Shown: positions 31,381 through 41,010 of the stretch, in pieces
Position numbering within the stretch: the first letter of the stretch is position 1
How the letters are laid out: the number at the start of each line of letters is the position of its first letter
DNA from: an uncultured Ruminococcus sp.
GTDB taxonomy: Bacteria > Bacillota > Clostridia > Oscillospirales > CAG-272
Assembly (NCBI GenBank): GCA_964644445.1
Contig: CAZXVF010000003.1
Span: 1-57,692, forward strand
Direction: 5' to 3'
Length of the DNA stretch: 57,692 nucleotides
The notes under the pieces: model-generated
What the model was told of the DNA's origin: nothing
Database searches by the model: none
What the model saw: only the letters and a program-made list of their open reading frames with translations
Translations under genes and position numbers: made by a program

Positions 31381-31553
31381 ACGAAAAAATCAAAGAGAGA
31401 AAAATAAATCGGAAGCAAGGATACAAGCAAAACGAAAAGCAATACGGAAAGCAAAGATGGAAACGAAAACAAGGGAAAGCGAAGATAGAAACGAAAGCAT
31501 GGGGAAAGCGTAGATTGCCCGAAAAAAAATCAAGCCGCACGCCGTGCAAAAAA

Positions 31554-32114
31554 TTACAAAAACAGCGGTCTCGGCTGCTCTCCGCGCATAGCTCCCTCAA
31601 GCGTCTCCTCTACCCGTTCAAAGTCCGCCACAAGCGAGTGAGGCTTATTTTTCGGAGAATCCTGACGCATCGGCACGAAATAGATCGACTTACGGCAAAG
31701 CAGCCTCCCGAGGTTTCCGAGATTTTGCGACATTGCGTCGTTGCTGGCAAGTGCTATGACCAACGGTCTGTCGGTTCGCAAATGTGCCTTTGCCGCCATC
31801 GTCACCGCCGTGTCGGTTATTCCGTTCGCGAGCTTGGCGAGCGTGTTGCCGGTACATGGAGATATTATCAATGCGTCAAGCGGAGCTCTCGGTCCAAGCG
31901 GCTCGGCATCGCATACGGTATGTATTATCTCTCTTTTGCATATCTGCTCGATCTCGCATCTTACCTCGTATGCAACGTGAAATCTCGTGTCTGTGGAGTA
32001 GGCGGTCTCGCTCATTATAGGCTGTATTTCAAGTCCCATGCCGCGAAGCCTGCGTAAAGCGTTAATTGCCTCTCTATGCGTGCAAAACGAACCGCACAGT
32101 GCATAACCAATCAT
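31554..32114 (-). CDS. spoVFB: Dipicolinate synthase subunit B
   Basis: IGYALCGSFCT; AEPLGP; PCTGNTLAKLANGITD; KAHLR; QDSPKNKPHSLVADF. Confidence 0.94.
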   Translation of the reverse strand: MIGYALCGSFCTHREAINALRRLRGMGLEIQPIMSETAYSTDTRFHVAYEVRCEIEQICKREIIHTVCDAEPLGPRAPLDALIISPCTGNTLAKLANGITDTAVTMAAKAHLRTDRPLVIALASNDAMSQNLGNLGRLLCRKSIYFVPMRQDSPKNKPHSLVADFERVEETLEGAMRGEQPRPLFL

Positions 32115-32368
32115 AGTTTTTTCTCCCGTTTTAGTCATTTTTTGTATATATTCGTTTACATTCAGGCGGCTGACAGCCGTTTTTTTGTTTTTATCACTCG
32201 AATACCGTTATATCCGTTTGATTTATCCGTTTGATTTCGGGAGGCTGAAATTCAGCCCCCCGTTTTTTTCTTTTTCCCGTTTTGGTTTTCGTCCGTTCCT
32301 TAAAAAATAACAGTACTTTCGATCTCGGATTTTTTCGATCCTAGGTAGCCTTTTTTCGTTTTTCCCGT

Positions 32369-33127
32369 TTATCCAAAGTTCTTTGCAAATGCCGAAGCTA
32401 TCCTTTTCGCATATAGGCGTCCCGCACTCAAAGGATACATTCTATCGGGAATTGACGGCATGGAGCGCACTCTTTCGTCGGAGAAATTTCTGCCCGAGGC
32501 AAGCTCTATCACGCTAACTCCCGTATCGAGCGCCCGCGCGACCGTTGCCGCCGAAAGTATGCTTGCAGGAGCGGTATTTACGAGTGCATCGAGATCAAAA
32601 ACCTCGGCGTCCGCCTCTGCCAAGCGTGCCTCCGCCCCTGCCGCCGCAAGTGAAATCAGCTTTTCTCCGTCCGTGGAATAAATTCTAACCCGCGCGCCGA
32701 GAAACATCAAAAGCTCTGCGAGCGCAGAGCCGATCCGCCCGTAGCCTAAAACTCCGATAAAAGATTCTCCGAGGTCTCTGTCCGTCTCCGTCAAAAGTCT
32801 GCCGAGCGCACCGTGCGCCGTTATTTTCGCATTCTCCGACAAAAAGATCTCGTCCTCTGCCGCGTCGTAGATCCTGCCGCCCGAAGCCCTTATCATTTGC
32901 GATATTACCTCTGGAATTCCGTATCCTGCGACGAGGGTACCTTCGGTCACGCGTTCCGCCAAAGTATCGAGAGCGACCTCGGTTCCGTTTACGTATATAC
33001 CGTCACGCGTCGTCGGAATAGGAAGAACCGCAATGCGCCCCTCCTCCGCACGAAAGCTTTCCGAAAGCATATTACAGCATACGTCCAGCCTCTTGCCGCC
33101 TCCGATTTTAATAATTTCCATATTCAC
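32369..33127 (-). CDS. spoVFA: Dipicolinate synthase subunit A (divergent)
   Basis: IGGGKR; VLPIP; ENAKITAHGA; LGYGRIG; NTAP; IELAS; PSIP..PLSAG; upstream of spoVFB. Confidence 0.8.
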   Translation of the reverse strand: MNMEIIKIGGGKRLDVCCNMLSESFRAEEGRIAVLPIPTTRDGIYVNGTEVALDTLAERVTEGTLVAGYGIPEVISQMIRASGGRIYDAAEDEIFLSENAKITAHGALGRLLTETDRDLGESFIGVLGYGRIGSALAELLMFLGARVRIYSTDGEKLISLAAAGAEARLAEADAEVFDLDALVNTAPASILSAATVARALDTGVSVIELASGRNFSDERVRSMPSIPDRMYPLSAGRLYAKRIASAFAKNFG

Positions 33128-33201
33128 CTCCGAATTGCCCCGTGAGGTGCTTTTATTTCGGTCTGTCCGTTTTTTTCGAGGAGCGTTTGCTCCTCTCCTT
33201 C

Positions 33202-33229
33202 ATTCTATGAAAACGCGCGCAAACGGTGA
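33202..33229 (-). promoter_or_regulatory. SigK-type promoter for spoVF
   Basis: TCAC-N16-CATAGAAT; spoVF is SigK-dependent in Bacillus subtilis. Confidence 0.55.
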
Positions 33230-33431
33230 ACGAGTCATTAAACGATAGAAAACGAAGCCAAAAACCGAACAAAGCAAAAAAACAGATTCGAAAACAAAAG
33301 CTCCAAAGCAAAACGCAAGGCGAATTTACCTACGAGTACAAAAAAACAAAACAAAAAACGTCGTCGTCCGAAAATAAAAAAGCGGAAGCCCAAGCACAAG
33401 CGTCACGGCTCAAGCATCCGCAAAAGCAGCA

Positions 33432-33608
33432 TTAGGTACTCTCACTGCGCGAGCCGAACAGCGTCGGCATCTTCTCCTTTATGCACTCCATTTTCTCGGC
33501 GCACATCATTCTGCATTTATCCGCAATGCTCACGACTCCGACCGCCGCCATAGTAAAAAGCATAATAGTCACGTAAGGGTTTGCACACTTCTTTTTTCGC
33601 ATAAGCAT
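33432..33608 (-). CDS. Small Cys/Met-rich single-TM protein (58 aa)
   Basis: SD GAGAGGAG before MLMRKKKC; hydrophobic PYVTIMLFTMAAVGVVSI. Confidence 0.65.
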   Translation of the reverse strand: MLMRKKKCANPYVTIMLFTMAAVGVVSIADKCRMMCAEKMECIKEKMPTLFGSRSEST

Positions 33609-33747
33609 TTTAACATCTCCTCTCAAAAAAGCTTTTTGCTCTCGTATTTTGCCCGGAAAGTCAATAATTATTTACAAATCCGCCGTTTTTTACAGCAAAA
33701 TCAAAAAAAGCAAAAACTTCAACCAAAGCAAAAACGAAAAAAGAAAA

Positions 33748-33769
33748 CCGCCCCGATTGCTCGGGGCGG
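33748..33769 (-). terminator. Intrinsic terminator downstream of the VTT gene
   Basis: CCGCCCCGA-TTGC-TCGGGGCGG with an A run on its left. Confidence 0.7.
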
Positions 33770-34104
33770 AGGAGAAAATGAAAAAATGAAAAATATCGCG
33801 ATACCCTTCACTTTCGCACTTTTTGTTTTGCGCCATTTAGTTTTTTCGTGCTTTTTGCGTCTCCAATCCGTACCCTTAACTCTTATGCGGTTTGCACGCC
33901 TACGCTAATTTATGATTTGCGTTTAATCCTTTCGTGCCTCGGATCTGCGCTTTTGCACTTTATATTTTGCTTTCGCACCTAGCTCGTGCGATTTACTCTC
34001 GTATTTCGTACCTTTCGGTTGCTTCGTAATTGATTTTTGCGCCCTCGCGCTTTTTTCTTGGCGAGGCTTATTTGCTTTCCTCGCTCCGTTTATCTCGACG
34101 AGGC

Positions 34105-35352
34105 TTATTTGCTCTCCTCGCTCCGTTTAGCCTTGGCAAGAATCATTTTTTTCACCTTGGTGCGCACCTTTCCGGTGATTATGTAGATAGCGAGTGCCCA
34201 GATGAGATATGCCGCAATCAGCACCACCCAATCGTACGGAACAGCCATTTCGGGGAAGAAATCGATTATAAGTCCGACGACGGTAAGCGTGCCGAGCAGT
34301 GCCACCGATATTATGAACGGAAGCATCGTTGCCAGCGTCGGACGTACTCTCCTGATACCTATTCTGCCGTGCCTCTCGAAACGCTTATATGCTCTGTGCG
34401 CGCTCTTTGCCATAAAGAAGATCATGAGCAGGCAGAAGATAGCGACGACGAAAAGCTCAAAGCATATATAGAGCGACATCTTAGGCAAGAAGCGGGGAGA
34501 AGCAATGAGAAATCCGCCGACCACCGCACCCAGCGCAGCGCAAACGATACCGAACCAGTCCTCGCTCTTCAGTTCTCGGATACGGAAGGGCTTATGCTTT
34601 CCCTCTCGCTTATTTGCCATCGACTTGTTGAGCTTGCCGGCGATATAGAATATACAGTAAAGCCCGAAGGCAAGTATAGTTATGAGAATAAACCAATCGT
34701 AGGTCTTTTCGACCGCGGGAAGAAACGCCGCCATACCGAAAATGATAGCCGCAACGCCGATTCCTCTGCCGATAACTATCGAGGGAACGAACCACGCGAG
34801 CTTCATCTTGATCGTGCCGGCAACCATCGTAAGCGCATCGTCCGGAAAAACGGGAAGCATCATCATCAGAGGGAAATATACCGTGCCGTTATCGCGCAGG
34901 AGAGTCATTGCCTTGTCGGTATCATCCTCGCCGAGCAGCTTGACGCAGAGCTTATAGCCGCCGAATCTTCCGAGAATATACAGCACCGACGAGGAAATAA
35001 CGACGCTGGCAAACGAGATGCCGAACGCACTCAGGGGATTTCCGCCGTAAAGCTGATTTATAAGCATAATGAACGCCATCGAAATTCCGGGAATGAAGCA
35101 AAGCAGCATAGTCAGCACCGTTTGCAGAGCTATAATAAGCAGTGCGCCGTACCATTTGTTTTTATACTCGTCGAAGAGCACCGCGTTGAACTCCACACCG
35201 TCCTCGCCCGTAACGAAAACGCCCGCCGCAAGAAGTATAAGATAAGTAACGAGAGAAACGAGGCCGATAACCGCAACGACGACGCACATGCTGATTATCT
35301 GCTTTTTGCGCTCCGTTATGAAGCGTTTTATCTTTTCAATTAACTCACGCAT
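34105..35352 (-). CDS. VTT/TVP38 (DedA-like) membrane protein with C-terminal TM extension
   Basis: LCFIPG; YILGRFGG; MLPVFPDDALTMVAG; IGRGIG; many TM segments; SD GGAGG. Confidence 0.82.
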   Translation of the reverse strand: MRELIEKIKRFITERKKQIISMCVVVAVIGLVSLVTYLILLAAGVFVTGEDGVEFNAVLFDEYKNKWYGALLIIALQTVLTMLLCFIPGISMAFIMLINQLYGGNPLSAFGISFASVVISSSVLYILGRFGGYKLCVKLLGEDDTDKAMTLLRDNGTVYFPLMMMLPVFPDDALTMVAGTIKMKLAWFVPSIVIGRGIGVAAIIFGMAAFLPAVEKTYDWFILITILAFGLYCIFYIAGKLNKSMANKREGKHKPFRIRELKSEDWFGIVCAALGAVVGGFLIASPRFLPKMSLYICFELFVVAIFCLLMIFFMAKSAHRAYKRFERHGRIGIRRVRPTLATMLPFIISVALLGTLTVVGLIIDFFPEMAVPYDWVVLIAAYLIWALAIYIITGKVRTKVKKMILAKAKRSEESK

Positions 35353-35739
35353 TGCCTATACCTCCTTTGCCGTTTTGATCTTACTGAGCCGTAGCTTAAA
35401 GTTACCTTAAATGTTTTTATATTATTTTATCATATGCATAGAGAAAAATCAACAAAATCCCCCGATTGTTTACAATTTATTAAATTTTATTAAATTTTTT
35501 GCCCGAAAATATTGCAGAAACGCCGCTTTTGCTTCCTCAAAGTCTCTTTTTTTCAAAATAACGCCTCGTTCCGTGCGTTTTTCTCTCCGCAGCAGGAGTT
35601 ACGCTTTTTTACGGCTTGTAAAGCGGTTTTCAAATTGATTTTTCACGTCGTTTTCCGCAGTCCCCTGCCGTGCCGTATCCCCGAAATTACCCGACGCTCA
35701 CTGCCGCACCCGAAATTACAAAATATTTATTTTATTTGA

Positions 35740-35768
35740 TTGACAAAAGAGTGTATTTCGTGTAAAAT
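35740..35768 (+). promoter_or_regulatory. Sigma-A promoter
   Basis: TTGACA-N17-TAAAAT. Confidence 0.75.
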
Positions 35769-35800
35769 GTATATAGAATGAAAAACAGGACGGTAAAAAT

Positions 35801-37549
35801 ATGATCAAATGCAAAAACTGCGGCGGACTCACCGAATACAAGGGCGAGAGCCATTGCCCGAACTGCCGCACGGAATACACGGTAACGCCCCTTGAGGCAA
35901 CCGATATGATGAAGGAGGCACGTGCCGCCGTTAAGAGCCGAGACTACGAGACCGCAAGGGAAAACGTACACTTCCTCGCCAACAGAGGAATACTCGACGC
36001 AGAGCGGGAATACGGCGCAATGCTTGAGAAGGGCAGAATACTTCCCCGCGACCTTGACCTCGCCTCCCGCTACTATCTCTCCGCGGCAAAAAAGAACGAT
36101 CCATACTCGGCATATAAATACTCCTGCCTGACCGCAAGGAGCGACGAAAAGATAAGTGACTTCTGGCTCTTCTACGCCGCACTGCTCGGCTCTAAGGAAG
36201 CTTTCCCCAAGGCTGCGGAGGCATATCGCAGGATCGGCGACGAGGAGACCGCTACCTACTACTATTCCCTTGCCGCCGACTGTGACGACACTCACGCGAT
36301 CTTCGCCATGGCGAAAAGATATTACAACGGCATAGGAGCACCCCAGTCCGAGGAATGCGCAAAGTGGTATATGGACAGACTGACTCTGCCTCCGATCTAC
36401 GCAATCAGGCTTAAGCTTATGCTCCGCGGTATCACGCCGAAGGAAGCGCCGAAGGTTCCCTTCATACACAGGGAGGCAATACTCCGCAGACTCAGCCGCG
36501 ACGCCGAAAGATTCGGTTTCTCCGAGGCAAGACTCGGGCTTGCTAAAATGCTTGCCGAAGGCGGAGACGCCAAGGCACTGTACGATCTCGGAAGGCTGCT
36601 CGCAGAAGGAGTGGGAGGCCCGTCGGATCCGGAAGGAGCGATAACCGCTCTTGAAAACGCACAGGCGCTCGGCTCGTCCGACGCCGCAAAATATCTCGGC
36701 GATATGTTCATCTCCGGCAAGATAGTTCCGCGAGATATCAGCCGTGCCCTCGGTCACTACGAGCATGCAACGTCTCTCGGATACAGCTCCGCTTACGAGG
36801 CAATGGGTGATATCTTCCGCGAGGGCGAGCTGGTTCCCTGCAATATAGCCTACGCCATTGAGCTTTACAAAACGGGTGGAAATATGGGCGACGAAAGCTG
36901 TCGGAACAAGGCGATAGAGCTTACCTCGGAGCGTGAGCGGCTCTATCAGATGGCAATGACGCTTGAGAGCACCGATCCGCAAAGAGCCTTCGACGCGCTG
37001 AGTCTCTCCGCCGCCATGGGCTACGTTCCCTCGCACAGAGAGCTGGGACGCTTCTTTGAAAACGGTATCGGAACCGAAACGGACCGCCACGCCGCATTCT
37101 TCTGGTATTCCTTCGCGGTAAAGAAGGGCGATATGGACGCGCTCTACGATCTCGGCAGATGCTACGCACACGGTATCGGCGTTGCCTTCGATTTCGATCT
37201 CGCGATGGATACTCTCCTGAAGGCTATAAGATACGGCAGCTCCAAGGCAAAGGACGAATTCAACAGACTTAAAGCAAACAAGACCAAGGCTCTCTCCCGC
37301 CAGCTCTTCTCCAAGGCGATGAGGCTCTTATATCAGCAAAAATACAGAGAGGCAAGAGCACTTCTCGAAATCTGCTACGAGGCGGGAAATCCGCAGGCCG
37401 CTTACACGCTCGGCTGTATGTACGAGTTCGGTCTCGGAGGCTTCACCGACAGAGAGGGTGCAAAGTCGCTTTACGAATATTCCTTCAGAGAAAAATTCCG
37501 CGATCCTAGGCAGGAGTATAAGCTCAAGATACTGAGAATGACGAGATAA
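35801..37549 (+). CDS. Sel1/TPR-repeat protein with N-terminal Zn ribbon
   Basis: CKNCG..CPNC; repeated ALYDLGRCYAHGIG-type Sel1 units. Confidence 0.88.
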   Translation: MIKCKNCGGLTEYKGESHCPNCRTEYTVTPLEATDMMKEARAAVKSRDYETARENVHFLANRGILDAEREYGAMLEKGRILPRDLDLASRYYLSAAKKNDPYSAYKYSCLTARSDEKISDFWLFYAALLGSKEAFPKAAEAYRRIGDEETATYYYSLAADCDDTHAIFAMAKRYYNGIGAPQSEECAKWYMDRLTLPPIYAIRLKLMLRGITPKEAPKVPFIHREAILRRLSRDAERFGFSEARLGLAKMLAEGGDAKALYDLGRLLAEGVGGPSDPEGAITALENAQALGSSDAAKYLGDMFISGKIVPRDISRALGHYEHATSLGYSSAYEAMGDIFREGELVPCNIAYAIELYKTGGNMGDESCRNKAIELTSERERLYQMAMTLESTDPQRAFDALSLSAAMGYVPSHRELGRFFENGIGTETDRHAAFFWYSFAVKKGDMDALYDLGRCYAHGIGVAFDFDLAMDTLLKAIRYGSSKAKDEFNRLKANKTKALSRQLFSKAMRLLYQQKYREARALLEICYEAGNPQAAYTLGCMYEFGLGGFTDREGAKSLYEYSFREKFRDPRQEYKLKILRMTR

Positions 37550-37636
37550 TTCCTTTGCCGAAGCCGCATAAAATCATCTAAAATACGCACAAAAGTAAAT
37601 TATTATTAGCAAAAGCACCGTTTTGGGAGGTAAAAA

Positions 37637-38311
37637 ATGAAAATCACTTGGTTGACGCAATCGGGACTTTTATTTCAGGGACACAGCATAAGGATAATAT
37701 CGGATCCCTATCTTTTCGGTAACGAGGATAAAAGGCGAACCGTTGCCGACACCTCCTGTCTTGACGAGGGAGCGGATATAATACTCATAACCCACGATCA
37801 CCCCGACAGCTGTGACAAGGAAAGCCTGAGAGTGCTTCTTAACCGCTCAGAGTCGGCGACCGTTCTCGTCTCCGAGAGTGCATACGAGGGCGTAGCGGCG
37901 ATGCCGGAGGCAAAGGGACACAACGTAATATTAGCCGCACCGCACACCGTCTGGTCTGAAAAGGAAGTTACCGTATATACCGTTCACGCGGAGCACAGCG
38001 ACCGCACGGCTGTCGGCTACATTATCGACGACGGTAAAAAGACCTATTATATCAGCGGTAACACGCTCTACAACTACGACGTAATAGACGACGTTCTCGA
38101 TCTCGTGCTTGACGGCGTTGACTGTGCATTTCTCCCCATCTCGGGCAGAGAAAACAATATGAATGCGAAGGACGCCGCAGATTTTGCCTACGAGCTTGAC
38201 GCAAAGTGTGCCGTACCCGTTCACTACGGACTTTTCGACGACGTCGATCCCGAGGACTTTGATTTCGACGAAAGAATCATTCTTACGCCCTTCACTCCCA
38301 CCGAGATCTAA
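37637..38311 (+). CDS. MBL-fold metallohydrolase (UlaG-like) with altered metal motif
   Basis: MKITWLTQSG; DPY; THDHPDS; SGNT; FLPISG; PVHYG; SD GGAGG. Confidence 0.85.
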   Translation: MKITWLTQSGLLFQGHSIRIISDPYLFGNEDKRRTVADTSCLDEGADIILITHDHPDSCDKESLRVLLNRSESATVLVSESAYEGVAAMPEAKGHNVILAAPHTVWSEKEVTVYTVHAEHSDRTAVGYIIDDGKKTYYISGNTLYNYDVIDDVLDLVLDGVDCAFLPISGRENNMNAKDAADFAYELDAKCAVPVHYGLFDDVDPEDFDFDERIILTPFTPTEI

Positions 38312-38341
38312 AAATCTGCAAAAAATAATAACAAAAAAACT

Positions 38342-38369
38342 AAGAGTCTCCTTTTCGGGAGACTCTTTT
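38342..38369. terminator. Intrinsic terminator between convergent genes
   Basis: AAGAGTCTCC/GGAGACTCTT stem. Confidence 0.8.
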
Positions 38370-38494
38370 AACGTACGAAACCGCGCATTTTGTAAATATA
38401 GGTTTACTTATCGTATACTTTTTTCTTATCTTTCGTTTGATGGATCGTCAAGGCGTTCTTTTTGCATTAATTTTTCCGCCAGAGCAAATTATCG

Positions 38495-39547
38495 TCAAAG
38501 ATAGGTACTTATAAATATCTCGATTGCGGTGTAGCCGCCGATTCCGCCGTACTTTGACGCGACGTCTATTCGTGACAGCTCCTGCACTATCTCCGAGAGC
38601 TTATCCAGCCCGTAACGCTTGGCGGCGGATATCAGATGGGGCGTGCGTCTGGGATTGAGCTTCATTTCCTTCTCCATATCGGATGCGCCTATTCCGTCAT
38701 TTACGTACCTTGCCACCGTAAGCAGCTCAATATAGCTCTTCATTATCATTGCCGTGACGACGATCGGATCTTGGCGGTCGTGCTTCATCTTAGCTATCGC
38801 CTTGTAGGCAAGCTCCTTATTGCGCTCCGAGAGCGCGTTTGAAAGATCGAAGGTATCGCATTCCGGCGTAGTGCTTGCCGCCTCCTCCACGTCTCTTGCG
38901 TCGACTGCGGTTTTACCTCGGCTGAGAGCCATGTAGGATATTTTTGCGACCTCCTTCTCCAGCACGTCCATATTTCTACCCGCGCGGAAGATAAGTGCCG
39001 CAAGAGCGTCGTTTCCCACGGTAACGCCCAGAGCCTCGAAATGTCTTCTCAGCCACGAGTACAGCTGTGCTACCGTGGACTTTTCAAAGTAGAGAAATCC
39101 CTTTTGGTTCTGTATTTTTCCGCAGTAATATTTTTTCCCCTTTTGTGCCTTTGCCGCCTGTCCGCTTTTATACTGATACTCGAATCCGTCCGCCGTAAGG
39201 AAGAACGCTACGACCGCCTGCGGATATTCCTTCGCCTCCTCGAAAATTTGCATAAGAAGCGAAAACTCCTTCTCCTCAAGCGCGGTGAAATCCGCGTGAC
39301 GCCATTCGATAAGCTTAAAATCGTTCATCATCGGAGGCGACTTCATATCCTCGAGTATTGCCGCAAAATCTATATCGTTGCCGTCGTATACCGTGTGATT
39401 AAACACTGCAAGCGACTCGTCCCCAGCGCACCTCTCACGGAGCTTTGCAAGATAGTATCTCTTCAGATAATCCTCCTCGCCCGCAAAGATATAAACGCCC
39501 GACGGTGTGCCCGACTTCAGCAGAGTCTTAAATTCGTTCAGTTCCAT
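38495..39547 (-). CDS. holA: DNA polymerase III delta subunit
   Basis: YIFAGEEDYL; SPPMM; LEKEVAKI; FDLSNAL; 350 aa. Confidence 0.88.
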   Translation of the reverse strand: MELNEFKTLLKSGTPSGVYIFAGEEDYLKRYYLAKLRERCAGDESLAVFNHTVYDGNDIDFAAILEDMKSPPMMNDFKLIEWRHADFTALEEKEFSLLMQIFEEAKEYPQAVVAFFLTADGFEYQYKSGQAAKAQKGKKYYCGKIQNQKGFLYFEKSTVAQLYSWLRRHFEALGVTVGNDALAALIFRAGRNMDVLEKEVAKISYMALSRGKTAVDARDVEEAASTTPECDTFDLSNALSERNKELAYKAIAKMKHDRQDPIVVTAMIMKSYIELLTVARYVNDGIGASDMEKEMKLNPRRTPHLISAAKRYGLDKLSEIVQELSRIDVASKYGGIGGYTAIEIFISTYL

Positions 39548-39963
39548 ATTATCCTCATTCTCGCCGCGCGCACGTCTCCGCCGACCTTCATCTCGTAAAG
39601 CAGATCGACTCTGCCCGAATGCTCCTCAACGCTTATCTTCGCGCGCTTGCAGTATATTTCCATATCGAAGGAATACGGAGGTATCTCGTAGAGCGACGTC
39701 GCACTCTCTCCCTCTCGGAAGCGCATATCCGAGCGTATCGCACCTCTCCGTCTCACTCTCACCTCACCGTCCGTGACGGATATTTCGGTCTTAAGCTCTC
39801 CGCCCTCCGTCGTCTCCGAATAAGTGAGCAAAATTCCCTCTCCGCGCAGCCGAAGCTCTCCCTCGTAGGTCGTCTCGCTCCGCTCACTCTCTCCTCTGGA
39901 GTCTCCGTCAACGGAGCTTATCACCGAGAGCATATCTATTTTAACCGCATTCCAATCCTTCAT
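39538..39963 (-). CDS. DUF1934-type beta-barrel protein
   Basis: LTYSE; VRRRGAIRSDMRF; YEIPP; overlaps the holA start; GAGG SD before MKDW. Confidence 0.75.
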   Translation of the reverse strand: MKDWNAVKIDMLSVISSVDGDSRGESERSETTYEGELRLRGEGILLTYSETTEGGELKTEISVTDGEVRVRRRGAIRSDMRFREGESATSLYEIPPYSFDMEIYCKRAKISVEEHSGRVDLLYEMKVGGDVRAARMRIIWN

Positions 39964-40261
39964 CCGATACCTCACATAACCCGTTCCCGTGCCCGAAAAA
40001 TCGGAAAGCACGCGATATTAGCAAAAAAACAGTAAAAAATCCGTCAAGGAAATCAAAAAACGAAAGCTTCCGCCGCAAAAGCCGAATCTCAAATCAAAGC
40101 GCGAGCCTTCAAAAATTTAAGAAATCCGCCGCCGGAGCAAAAGAAAAATTTAAGAAAAAAGGTGCAGGCGTTACGTCTGCACCGAAAAAATCAAAGGCAA
40201 GGTGAAAAAACACCGCAAATGCCCGAGTCCGTACCTCTTGCTCGGAAGCAGCCCGCAAGCA

Positions 40262-40705
40262 TCAGTAGCCGTACTTTTCTCTTCTCTTGCGAAGATTGTA
40301 ATCGCTTCTGGGATTAATAAACTCTCTCCAATCAAGCGAACCCGCCTCAATAGCGGTTACCAGAACCTCAGCCGTGGCAATGTTCGTGGCGACGGGAATA
40401 TTATACATATCGCAAAGCCGGAGCAGGCTCATCTCGTCCTCGGTGGCTATCCTGTCCTCGCTGGTGCTTCTGAAATAAAATACAACGTCTATCTCGTTAT
40501 AAGCGACTCTTGAAGCGATCTGCTCTTTACCGCCGAGAGAACCGTTTAAGAAGGTCTCGATCTCAAGCCCCGACGCCTCGGATATGTAACTGCCCGTTGC
40601 GTGAGTAGCTATCAGGTGATGCTTTTCGAGAATGCCGGAGTATGCAATGCAAAACTGCGCCATCAATTCTTTTTTATTGTCGTCCGCTATTAACGCTATC
40701 TCCAT
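40262..40705 (-). CDS. mgsA: Methylglyoxal synthase-like protein with replaced catalytic residues
   Basis: IALIAxDxKK; ATxxTG; LLRLCDMYNIPVATNIATAE; SD GAGGAGG. Confidence 0.8.
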   Translation of the reverse strand: MEIALIADDNKKELMAQFCIAYSGILEKHHLIATHATGSYISEASGLEIETFLNGSLGGKEQIASRVAYNEIDVVFYFRSTSEDRIATEDEMSLLRLCDMYNIPVATNIATAEVLVTAIEAGSLDWREFINPRSDYNLRKRREKYGY

Positions 40706-40872
40706 AATTCCTCCTCACAGACTCGTCTCAGACGAAATTTTAATTAAAATACGCGCGTATATCGCATATCAAGGAAATTATATCACCTTTTCCCGATTTT
40801 GTCAATGTTTTAGGATGAATTTTCGGTCTTTCGGGCGAACTTTTTGCCGTGAAAAATAGTTTTTTTGAAAAT

Positions 40873-40890
40873 TTGTGATATTTTTGACAA
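40873..40890. promoter_or_regulatory. Palindromic operator candidate (Rex-like or CRP-like) between mgsA and pfkA
   Basis: TTGTGATATTTTTGACAA has 2 mismatches to TTGTGAAnnnnTTCACAA and contains a TTGACA. Confidence 0.4.
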
Positions 40891-41010
40891 AATAGGGATT
40901 GTAAATTTAATTAAAAGATGATACAATATATGCGTTGCGAAAATTTACGTACGGTTTTATGCGAAGGCAGGGCAAAGGCAACTAAACGCTTTCGCAAAAG
41001 GAGATATATT

